A DNA stretch of 63,062 bases, counting the filler, from Octopus bimaculoides (Eukaryota): assembly GCF_001194135.2 (NCBI RefSeq). It is 7 parts of 7 records of this genome, joined end to end, with 100 filler letters (N's around TTAATTAATTAA, not from the genome) between each part and the next. Parts side by side here need not be neighbours in the genome. Positions count along the whole stretch, not along the records: positions 22,520 to 43,868 come from NC_069001.1; 6 more parts are not named here. One strand, written 5' to 3'. Under the pieces are notes generated by a model that searched no databases, was not told the DNA's origin, and saw only the letters and a list, made by a program, of their open reading frames with translations. Below, in pieces: positions 24,786 to 35,885 of the stretch; the stretch's first letter is position 1; each line of letters begins with the position of its first letter. Position numbers and translations under genes: made by a program.

Positions 24786-26023
24786 ATATATATTTGTATA
24801 TCTACGTGTGTTTGGTGTATATATTTATATGTGTCTGTCTTTGTTTCTGTAATCATAATGGCAGATTTGCGTATAAATGTAGGTATTTATTCCATTTCTA
24901 TTTAGTCTTACAGAGTTGCGAGAGCAGGGATTTATCGTAATTTAGATAGAGAAAATTGTCAGGAAAACGTTAAGATAGTTGCAGTAGTAGTTTTGCTAAA
25001 ATGTGGATATGTTGCCAATTATTTTGGCAAGGCACCAATCTTCTGTAAGCTACAAATAAAAATTTTAAAAATCGGTATTCTTAATGTCTTTCAGCTTATA
25101 ATGCCATCGTTAACGAAAGATCGATTTTCCTCTTACTTCTCTTTTATTACTCACCTTCTTTCTTTCTTCCCTTCTCTCTCAATCTTTCAATCTTTTTCGG
25201 TTTCTTTCACTCAGTGTCTATTTGTCTTCAACTCCGTCTCTCTTTCTTAGTCTGTCTTTCTTTGTCTCTCTCTCCCTCTTTCATTCTATCTCACCCCTCT
25301 TTCTCACATTTTCTCACACGCATTGCTAGAATTCGAAATTTGCAAATTGTCCGTCCATATTTCTATTTATAGATCTACGTAAATACGTCAATGCGCTTAT
25401 GTGTACGTATCTGTGAAATATATGTGCATCACATTATAAAACCATCATCACTGCCACCACTATAACTACCACAACCACCGTCGCCACCACCACCGTCGCC
25501 ATCTTGATCACCATCAGCCTCATATTTTCAGTAGTTTCGTGTGAACACCATCAGGTGCAGCTCCACGTTTCTGAGGTGTGTGCTGCATTGTCTTCTGTGA
25601 ATATAAAATTGTAGGATATGCGCTGTGTGACGTGTTATTTTATCAGATAGAGATTGCGTAGAGTATGCGCTATGCGAGTTCTGCTATATAGTCATTCGTC
25701 GATTTTATTGTGTATGACTTAAGTGAGATATTTCATTGGCTGATGTTTTTGTGTAATACATATGTTGTATATGTCGTGCTGAACAAACTGACTGACATGA
25801 ATACCTTGTGCAATATTTATGCTGTGAAGTGAATGATTTTCATTTGGAATTTGTGTCCACTGATAATCAAATGGTAATCACTGGTATGAAATTAACTGGC
25901 AAGCTTATGATATAATTTATCATACATCTAGATATCATTGTTCATTGATTGTATCAAAACTTCCTTCGGAGCGTTGTTTTAGGCGGATGAGAAAGAAGCA
26001 TCTATCAATGTACTACAGTTATA

Positions 26024-26908
26024 CAGTATGTTCGGGCGAAATTTGATGATGTTTTATATTTGTTTCAAGAACAGCTTCAGTATTGGTGAACAGTCACCGG
26101 CTTTGGAGATCATAAAGATTACTGTTATATTAGGAACAAAGTTAGCTGACTTAGAGAAATGGAAGCCATCTCAGTACTGGAAAACTGTTACCTCTATTAT
26201 GAAGATTCGCCCAGGATATAAAAATGCCGACATCTTGGCTACAGCTCAATGCACTGTGAACACAGGAAAGGCTGTAAAACGTGACATGACCAGATGGATG
26301 CCACGGAGACTACGAATGGGTGGTTGAGGGAGGGACGCAGCAGGCGTTTTGACCCTTCGTACGTAGGAATTCATCCTCATATCAATAAACAGAGACTTAG
26401 GTACGTTTCAGGGTGCTATGGTAAGCTGGTAGAGAACGTGGTCAAAACCTGGCTAGAGATTGTTGAAAAGTCGAAAGTGTGACAGCAGAATTCGACTCCT
26501 TTGGAAGTGTCAGCAGTGGTTGTCAGGGAATTTCCACTACTGTACATACCCCAATTTCTGGTTTCCTAATTCCTCCGATGGTAACTCCATGGATTACAAC
26601 GAGTGCGGCGCGTTTGACAGTAGCACCAAACCCACTGCCTGCGTCAACAAATTCGAGCTGGTGATGACCAATATCAAAGAAGATATCCAAAGATCCACCC
26701 ATTGACACATTGACACATGCCCCAGGTACCGGACCCATCTTGAAGTCGTAGTGGAAGCTGAGGGCGGCTAATTTGAGTCAACAGTCGTTATTCAACTACA
26801 ATCTTGTCGATATAATTTTCAATTTTTGAAATATATATATTTTGGGGTATAATATTGTATTTTCTTCTCCTTTTATGCAAACTGTCAAATTTTTGCCCGA
26901 ACATCATG
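26024..26908 (+). mobile_element. Internally deleted maT-like (Tc1/mariner) element with both TIRs and TA target-site duplication
   Basis: TA|CAGTATGTTCGGGCGAAATTTGA ... TCAAATTTTTGCCCGAACATCATG|TA; N-terminal remnant WKPSQYWK..IM..R.G.KNADI; catalytic remnant WLSGNF...FWFPNSSDGNSMDY; end LEVVVEAEGG. Confidence 0.85.
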
Positions 26909-27442
26909 TAGTTCCTATATCTGATAATCATATCTGAACAATTAACTTTGATATCGTTTTTGGTATGTCCCAGATTATTTTAATTAGATTGTGTTCGTAT
27001 AGGGTGTTGAGTTTAAGCTTATAGCACTTATTGTCTGTCTTCACATTGAAGTAACTTTATATTACTCTTCAGACATACTTACTGACTTGGTCTTGTCTGT
27101 GTGGATATTCCTAATTTTCCAGAAATTGGCAGACAAATTTGGTATGCTTAATTGTTCATTGTACTGATTGCAATGTTTGTTCTTGACTTTAACTTATTTT
27201 ATCATTATTTTTCTTTTCAATTTAGTTTCACGGATCGAAATTTATTTTGTGATGTTATATCCAACCTTAAATTCTGCTTTCGCTCAAGTGTTCTTATGCT
27301 ATTTCTAGCTTTGAAATTTTCTTGTTTCTTCTGTATCCAGTTACGACGAGTTTGATTTCTCAAATTCTATTTCAAATACAAGTTATAATAATGTTTTGTC
27401 TTTATCTGAAGATCTTTGTCTTCAAGAGAGTTCCACCCCTCC

Positions 27443-27445
<3 letters not shown>

Positions 27446-27519
<74 letters not shown>
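27446..27519. repeat. (CA)n microsatellite
   Basis: Direct read. Confidence 0.98.
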
Positions 27520-27522
<3 letters not shown>

Positions 27523-28289
27523 GTGTGTGTGTGTATATATAGAAGAAACTATACACGCATATTTGAATATTTACGCATATCCTTTCCAATTACCCAAATC
27601 TGTTTCCATCTCCTTGCTTTAGTCTATTTTACTCTTCCTGCTGTTCTTTTTAACAGTCGCCTAGGTTTTGTAAGCAGTTCGCCATATCTGTATGTATTAG
27701 GTTTAGTATTTTCTGTCTTTCAGACTGGGGTTACACGCTTCTGACAGTGATAGTCAGGAGCCCAAAATTACTCGTCGAATTCATTGTTGTAAATACAAAC
27801 AATACACCATTGATGAAGTTACTCAAAAAAGAAGGCTGAGTTATTAGAATAGCTTATTCGAAGTACATCGTCAAATATACAGCTTCCAAGAAAAAATATC
27901 TCATCGTAACTTCAGAAGACATTTTCAAGTAACATGGGAAGGTCATTTGAGTCATTATGCAAAAAGATATTAGACGTAACTTACGAGGAAAATATCATTG
28001 ATGAGAATACATGGTTGATAATCATTCTTCCGCATTTTTGTGTAGACATCACTTACTTATTCAGATAAGGGAGTATAGATCACCATGATAGGGAACACTT
28101 TGCAAGCAACGCCAGTTTTTGGACTTAATCATTAGTCTTAGACATGTATCTAGGATAGTTGCATCTTAAGTACTGCCTCTCCTTTACGACGATTGTGCAT
28201 TATGCATACTTTGCATATAGGCAGGGCCGAGAAAGATGGGGGCAATGTTTTGCCGAGCGGTTTGGATTTCTATATATAAAGGAGACTGA

Positions 28290-28508
28290 AGGGTGCAAAC
28301 TGGCTGAATTGTCTGCACCCTGGGCAAAATGCTTACCGGTATTTCGTCTGTCTTTAGTGCTGAGTTCAAATTACACCGCGTGAGGAGTCGACTTGGACTT
28401 CATTCTTTTAGGGTCGATAAAATAAGTACCAGCTGAATACTTAGGTACATTTAAACGACTTAGCACCTTCCCAAAGCTGCTAGTCTTGCTCCGAAATTCG
28501 AAACCGAT
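28290..28508 (+). mobile_element. SINE family A
   Basis: GCTGAGTTCAAATT, GGGTCGATAAAATAAGTACCAG, tail CCGAAATTCGAAACC. Confidence 0.8.
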
Positions 28509-29082
28509 GCACAAAGAAGCTCACTGAAGTTTGATAGCAAGTAGGCGGATGGTGGATCTGAACATTTGCAAAGAAGTGTGTATATACGGAAGAAGCCTCA
28601 GCAGGGAAAGGGTGTCTGCGTTTCGTCAGCTTCTGGAGCGTTTTTGAAAATGTCCAACGCTTTAGTACTATTGGAAAATAGTGAATTGCATTAGAATCAT
28701 ACGTTGCACTTGATGGGTTGTCTAACAAACTTCTTCAGCTTTACTCGGTTTTGAATAGGTATAAAGTAGATTTTACGAATACACCCGATGTTTATGGAAC
28801 AAAGGCACCAGACAATCTGGTTGGATAGAAATAGAATAGTTGTTAAGTCTCCTGCTGTTCTTTTAATTTCAAGTCACTTCGTTTATATAGCTGTAGGTGT
28901 AATTCATTTCAACCGGTCGGCTGTATAGCAAAAGACATTTCTGAACAGAACTACTGACGTAAACAAAATTCATATAACCAAAGTTATGATTACGTAAGGG
29001 AACAACCTTTGACAGATATTTGAAGAATTTGGTTCAGTCTCAATCTTTTGGCACGGTTGGTCATTATTATTAAGAGTGTGTA

Positions 29083-29150
29083 AGTTGGCGAGCTAGCAGA
29101 ATCGTTAGCGCGCCGGACAAAATACATAGCAGCATTTCGTCCAACTTTAG
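29083..29150 (+). mobile_element. SINE family A, 5' head fragment
   Basis: GGCGAGCTAGCAGAATCGTTAGCGCGCCGGACAAAAT. Confidence 0.65.
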
Positions 29151-29514
29151 GTTAAGTCGTTGCGCTGGCATAATGGTTAGCACACCGAGTCATCATCACC
29201 ATCATCATCCTTAATGTCAAGCCTAGTCCTGGGGAAATTGTGTTGCGCATCATCTACGCTGAGTCTACCATTACGACTTCTGGGATGCTCGCAACTTCGT
29301 ATTCTCTCTTGTCGCTCACTTACCTAAAATCACTGACCATTATCGTTTTCAATTAGGAAAGCATCATAAATAATCCAGACAGTGGAAGATATTTTAAGAC
29401 TTAAGTTTTTATGTTTGCTTTAATCGGAACGACCTTCATTAATAATATCAAACCAGTACTTAACTATTGAGAGTATTCAAGTCAATGTTAATATATTTCA
29501 GGAAAGATGACGAT

Positions 29515-29751
29515 CATTATTTACATTATTTACATTTGACGGATATTTGTCATCACCTTGTTTGTTGTTCATACAACGTTTCGGCTGATATACCTTCCAG
29601 CCTTCATCAGGTGTTATGAGGAAATTTAGTAACTGGATTCTCATTCCGAAGGTATTTTTCTATGTTAATGTTGTTGTTGTTGTTATTCAAGTCACTGTCT
29701 GGAACCAAACTCGGAATCTTGGGTTAGTAGCCCGCGCTCTTAACCACTACG
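29515..29751 (-). mobile_element. tRNA-headed SINE containing a hammerhead ribozyme motif
   Basis: Minus strand: A-box-like CGTAGTGGTTAAG (29739-29751), B-box-like GAGTTTGGTTCC (29701-29712), (AAC)n linker, HHR body, TGTAAATAATG tail. Confidence 0.75.
29570..29617 (-). ncRNA. Type I minimal hammerhead ribozyme motif (core intact, stem I mismatched in this copy)
   Basis: ACAC-CUGAUGA-A-GGCUG(GAAGGUAUAU)CAGCC-GAA-ACGU-U-GUAU. Confidence 0.65.
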
Positions 29752-31364
29752 TTGTAGCCTCTAATTTAACTTATATTAACATGTGAATGACATTCAGCAA
29801 AAAACTATTTTCAAGAATCAATTATTATTCAGGTGTCAATTGCTTGAGATTGACACCTTAAGACTGCTTTAATGTTCCGGCATTGCTATGGTTAGTGGAA
29901 CTTGAAAAAATATTTATAATTTTTACAGAAGCAACTTAGTTTAAGTGCGTTTCCATTCTTCTTGAAAATATGTATTTTATTGGAAAATGAAGGGGAAAAT
30001 ATTAGACTCTAGAAACATGATTATAGATGGTTAGAAGCTATAATGATTTATTTCATAAAGGATTTTTTTCTTTAATGTAAAAGAAATTGGCATCGGCCTA
30101 TTATGTTTTCCGAATTGGGAAGATCATTTTTATAGTAAGAGGATTCAACGAATGATGAAATTTCTGAAGTAAGGAAGATATATGTGCGGCAGATCTGTAG
30201 TAAGAAGGTATCAAAAGATTATACGAAATTGTACTTCATGCGTTGTGCATTAAATACTACATTAAATATCGGAAAGGTAAAGAACATAACTAATATATTG
30301 TTATTAGAAATGAAGTTCTTAAACCTGCACCATTGCCTTTACTGATTGCATAGAATAGCTCAATCTAGGTAATATATAATGTGAGTACGTTTGTGTGTGT
30401 GTGTGCGTGAATATTCATGTGTGTGGATGTGTGTGTTCGTATATCTTCATAGCCTTGTGGTGTAATCGATATTACTCTCATTTCTAGATTTGATATTCTC
30501 TTTCTAACGATACACAGCATTCATATATGCATAATATTTTATTATTTACATATGTTTAATATTAAATACTTCACCTATCTCGTATTATTTAATATTCTTT
30601 TAGCGATGAATATGAACGTGAAATTTATATATACATATGCAGTGAAGAACAAAATATCAGAATTTTACACAAATTATCGATAATCCCCGAAGGAATTTCA
30701 TTGATTTTCCCTTTTTAATGAATCTTGTAATCCTTCATTTAAAAGCTTACATAATTCCGAATTTGTAATTTATTTCCCAAAATTATTTATTTGTATTTAG
30801 CTGCGGATATTACCTGCACCTCGATTCGTTACAAATTCTCAACACGGCAAAGATAGGAAAATGCATTCTCACGCATGCGTTGTAGCAGTCAGAGGGATGT
30901 AGTCCTATACTGAATCTATAAACATTTAAGTGATAGTAAATACGTGATAAGTTTGGTCAATGACCACTCTCCATTGTCATTTGTAATAGAACTTAATGGA
31001 AAACTTCGAAGTAACTCAGAACCTTAATGTTTAAGATTGTAACGACTAACATTTTGCAAACACTGTTTGAAGTTTTTTGCAGCATTCATTTTCCCATCAT
31101 AGTGATTATTTAAGGCTTAAAAGAGCAGACATGGAGTCACTACATGAAATGTCAATTATTGGAGATAGGTAGATTACTTACAATGCCAAAGAGATTTCAA
31201 TTAGGTATTTCTTAAAACACACATTCTTTAATTGAAATCCCCCAGATGTAAATTTTCCAATTTCTCCATCAACAAAGTGAAATAATTCTACCAGGTGTGT
31301 TAGAGTTATGCTTTGCGATTCTCAGGAACGTCAAGGGAGGACTGCGTTTCTGACATTGAGAAAA

Positions 31365-31460
31365 AATGTTTACAAATTCTTTTATTCTTTACTTGTTTCA
31401 GTCATTTGAGAGTGGTCATGCTGGAGCAGCGCCTTTTAGTCGGAGTGCTGAAACAGATGT
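31365..31460 (-). mobile_element. Composite SINE family B, 3' fragment
   Basis: TTTACTTGTTTCAGTCATTTG...CATGCTGGAGCAGCGCCTTTTAGTCG. Confidence 0.7.
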
Positions 31461-31572
31461 TGTATTTAGGGATTGTGATGTTGCTAGTTTAGCCAATAAC
31501 AACATACGGACTATATATTTGGTGTTAATTTGCTTCAGCTTTATTTAATTTTTTTTACTTAAATAGTATTTC

Positions 31573-31617
31573 GGCCAGATTTCTTTCGTCACACTTCTGT
31601 GACCTCATCAGTGGTCC
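31573..31617 (-). ncRNA. Type I minimal hammerhead ribozyme motif downstream of a PLE
   Basis: GGACCA-CUGAUGA-G-GUCAC(AGAAGU)GUGAC-GAA-A(GAAA)U-C-UGGCC; all invariant core bases present. Confidence 0.65.
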
Positions 31618-31774
31618 GTTGCTTCTTTCTTATTTGTGTGTCTTTCCTTTCTAACGATCAGCCATTTTGTATTCCTATTGACACATACAATAGGAATACA
31701 AAATAGGTATGTCCGGGTTGTCGGACTGAAACTTGCTAGAAGGGCATACCTCTGGTTACTATAATACGATAAAT

Positions 31775-32430
31775 CCTATTTCTTGTTGTTGAAGACTACT
31801 CGTTGTTGGAGGATATGCAGGTTTTCGCGAAGGCTGTGCTGGCAGCTGGGAGCACCGCGTAAATATGGTGACACTCTGTCGACAATAGTCTACTTGATGC
31901 TGTGTATTTCATATCAGAGATCACGGAGTCTCCAGAGAAAACGAGACATGGGAGCAGAGTTCTCTGTGTCCCTGGATCTGAACGTGTGCATATGCTGGGA
32001 GTTTCTTCCCTTGAAGTCATTAGCTGTCATACCAGGATATTACCTAGTAATGTCATCGGGTGGTGTAAGGGTGTCTCTGTATACTACAGCCTTTGAGAGT
32101 CAAGATCTTTCTAGAGGACACATGGTGTGGTTTCAGCATTTGGATGTTGGGGTTGCGGTGCAGTGGGTCAGTTGATGTGTGCGTCAGTTGATGTGTGCGT
32201 TGTTAGTGGCGATGTTCTATAAGCGGGAGTAGCTCACCTTAACATTATGGAGTTTCAAAAGTTTATAATACTTATGGTCTCTGAGGAAGTACTTCTTAAT
32301 TAGCCACTGGAAGACCCTAGCTACGTTGGTGGAAATTTCTAGGCTTAAAGAGGGATTACACCATGTTATTTTCCTTCTCCTTATCCTTTTGGGGTGAAGG
32401 GAGGGTGTTTGGGGGGCTGTTAACATACGT
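31775..32430 (-). mobile_element. Penelope-like element remnant (Naiad-like RT C-terminus, Cys finger, GIY-YIG endonuclease)
   Basis: RRRKITWCNPSLSLEISTNVA...HKYYKLLKLHNVKVSYS; C*NHTMCPLERS*LSKAVVYR...YPGMTANDFKGR...SRFLWRLRD...SCQHSLRE. Confidence 0.8.
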
Positions 32431-32593
32431 AAGTTCTCAGTAAACTCGCTACTAGGCAAAGCACAGTTGTAGAGGTTCTATATGGTCGAGAAATTAATAG
32501 TCCTTTACTTATGCCTGGAACCAGGTTTTTAATTACGTGTGGGGGGAGTATGCTTTGAACTCTTGTGAATATATACTGTATCCACCTTTGGTT

Positions 32594-32631
<38 letters not shown>

Positions 32632-32847
32632 ACCAAACCACAAATTTTGACTTAGACGCAAAGGTGAAAGTGGACAAATGAATAAAACCCCTAAAACCCT
32701 GTATGAATGAGGAAAATAATAGAAAATTGAAAATGTCAGACCCCAGTGTTAAAGAGACCATTCCTCTCCCCACTATATGCGATGATTATTTCTAATGGCG
32801 GAGCAAATTAAAAAAGGTGATCGAAGTGAATACAAATTATTTAAGTA

Positions 32848-33382
32848 TATATGAGGATATTATTGTTTATAATGATATCAGTGATTTAGCATGCGTAAAA
32901 AAAATTAATAATTAAGGGTACGAACAAGCAATACCGGCATGCTAAATATAGCAGTCAAAATGATCAAACCACAGGTTTTCACTTAAACACAAAGATGAAA
33001 GTGGACACATCAATAAAAATCCTGAAACCCCGCACCAAATATGAAAATAATCGAAAACTAAAAAAGCCAGACATACTCGTATCACCGTGATTTACAACTT
33101 TGAGAAAAACACAGTTCATCTTCAACGAGTCAAAGTTTGAAATCACGGTGATACGGGTATGTCTGGCTTTTCGTTATTGGTACGGGGTTTTAGGATTTTT
33201 ATTCACTTTTCCGCTTTCACCATTGTGTTGAAGTGAAAATTTCTGGTTTAGTCAATCTGACTACTATATTCAGTATGCCGGTACTGCTTGTTAGCAACCT
33301 TAATTATTAATTGATAATTTTTTACCGTTCTGGTTTTTTTCCCGCATCCTAAGTCACTGACACTTTTATATATAACAATATC

Positions 33383-33390
<8 letters not shown>
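32848..33390. mobile_element. Foldback (almost wholly palindromic) MITE in a (TA)n context
   Basis: Ends TATATGAGGATAT...ATATCCTCATATA; arms pair inward to AAAAGCCAGACATAC(T/C)CGTATCACCGTGATTT; partial extra arm at ~32625-32750. Confidence 0.8.
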
Positions 33391-33435
<45 letters not shown>

Positions 33436-34139
33436 CTATATTTATCTACTACATTTGCAATGCTGAAACGTTATGTTTTAACGTCCAAGATTTTAGTCTA
33501 TACAGTATGGATTAGCATTTAAGTAATAATCAATTACCAATCAATCATCATCATTTAATAAGCAATGAAAAACTAGATATTAATTACAGTAAAGAGTAGT
33601 AAAGACATGAAAGGGATACAATTTACATAGTATGAGAAAGTCTTTTGCAAAATATTTGGATGTATTAAACTAAAAATGAGAGAGGTTGATTGAATTATAT
33701 TATTAATGGTGAAAACTAATGCTATAAAAGTAGAAATTAAGTACAAGGCCTCCATAAAAGTGGGGGAAGACAGAGTTCGGGCATTTATGTGTGTTTCTAT
33801 ATAAGCATTTATTTATGCGTATACTGACAGAATTACTAAATACACTAGGATATACGTGAGTACTTTATGCATTGACAGAACAGCAACCAAATATACTTGC
33901 ACAAGGATGATTGTCTGTTGAAACGTTCTACGCTTCTATGAATTTCACAAAGTAGCAAATATATAAATCCATTTATGTGTGTGCGTATGTGTGTGATTAT
34001 ATACGTATAAAGGAAAGGTAAAAATATTTGATACATCTAAATGAAATATAACATCTGTTAATTTACTTTCAATAATCTAAGTAGACTGCAATATTTGTTT
34101 GAAGTTTATTGTGCATTTTCATCACTTTTCAGTTTATTC

Positions 34140-34144
34140 ATATT

Positions 34145-34179
<35 letters not shown>

Positions 34180-34308
34180 ATTTGTGTGAGAGAGAGAGAG
34201 AGAGTGCGGGTGTGTGTGTGCGTGAGGATGTATACAGAAGCATATACATATATACACGCATATATATATGTGCATGTATGTATATATGTATATGAGTGTG
34301 TATGTATG

Positions 34309-34376
<68 letters not shown>

Positions 34377-34767
34377 CATATATATAGTATTTGTTTCAAT
34401 CATTGGATTTCTACCAAGGACTGGAAGGGATTGGAAAGAAAAAAAACGACCACTGCATTTTAAAAAAATCTGCCATTGATTCTACTGATGTCTTTTACAG
34501 CTAGATTACGAGGAAGAAAACAAAGAATGGTATTCATGCGAGATGGGTATAAAACAACGAAAAGAAGAATACGCACATACACATATATATATACGGCGGG
34601 CGTTTCTTTCAAATTTCGTCTGCACATCCGGTGGGACGTATCATGAAAGCATATCGTCGGGAAATAAACTGCTTATCATTCCACAAAACCATGCCCATGC
34701 CTCCACCTACATATACATAGCAACATGTATATATCAATACATGCATGTACGTGTATATCTATATATG

Positions 34768-34800
<33 letters not shown>

Positions 34801-35348
34801 GCATGTGTATATATNNNNNNNNNNNNNNNNNNNNNNNNNNNNNNNNNNNNNNNNNNNNNNNNNNNNNNNNNNNNNNNNNNNNNNNNNNNNNNNNNNNNNN
34901 NNNNNNNNNNNNNNNNNNNNNNNNNNNNNNNNNNNNNNNNNNNNNNNNNNNNNNNNNNNNNNNNNNNNNNNNNNNNNNNNNNNNNNNNNNNNNNNNNNNN
35001 NNNNNNNNNNNNNNNNNNNNNNNNNNNNNNNNNNNNNNNNNNNNNNNNNNNNNNNNNNNNNNNNNNNNNNNNNNNNNNNNNNNNNNNNNNNNNNNNNNNN
35101 NNNNNNNNNNNNNNNNNNNNNNNNNNNNNNNNNNNNNNNNNNNNNNNNNNNNNNNNNNNNNNNNNNNNNNNNNNNNNNNNNNNNNNNNNNNNNNNNNNNN
35201 NNNNNNNNNNNNNNNNNNNNNNNNNNNNNNNNNNNNNNNNNNNNNNNNNNNNNNNNNNNNNNNNNNNNNNNNNNNNNNNNNNNNNNNNNNNNNNNNNNNN
35301 NNNNNNNNNNNNNNNNNNNNNNNNNNNNNNNNNNNNNNNNNNNNNNNC

Positions 35349-35387
<39 letters not shown>

Positions 35388-35460
35388 TGTATATATGTAT
35401 GCATACACATATGTACATATACGTGTGTGTATGTGTGTGTGGATGTATGTATGTCATTAT
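34140..35460. repeat. (TG)/(GA)/(TA)-rich microsatellite blocks with an assembly gap
   Basis: Direct read; N-run 34815-35347. Confidence 0.9.
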
Positions 35461-35622
35461 TCAGTTTAATTTTACGATTTCTTGCCAACAAGGAAAGGGG
35501 CAGTTTGTAACCCAGATCCAAGGCTCTTTCATTGGAATTTCAACATCGACTGGGTATTTTTATATGTATATATGAATGTATATATGTATGAATGTATGTA
35601 TGCATATATCTATGTATGTATG

Positions 35623-35673
<51 letters not shown>

Positions 35674-35759
35674 ATGTATATATGGATATATATATTTATG
35701 TATGTATGTAGGAACTTATATATATATATATCTGTTATTGAATACCTCACAAATATCAG

Positions 35760-35885
35760 AAGAAGGAATAGTGGTGGCCCGAGGTTATAGCAGAATGCTG
35801 TTTCTCAATGTGGCATGCAATGGTGCTGAAGACAGAAACATCTGGTGGTAAAGCAGGCTTCTAACCACACAGCTACGCCTGTGTA
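35760..35885 (-). mobile_element. Composite SINE family B, 5' fragment
   Basis: GCCCGAGGTTATAGCAGAA...GGTAAAGCAGGCTTCTAACCACACAGCTACGCCTG. Confidence 0.6.

Noticed and set aside
27700-27846. Strong acceptor TTTTCTGTCTTTCAG followed by a 40-codon frame (LGLHASDSDSQEPK...)
   Set aside because: No recognisable homology or good donor; such acceptors are common in pyrimidine-rich DNA
28615-28635. Minus-strand CTGACGAAAC
   Set aside because: Core halves are adjacent with no stem II; a short match expected by chance
29831-29858. 10-bp hairpin AGGTGTCAAT/ATTGACACCT
   Set aside because: Short enough to be chance and has no associated feature
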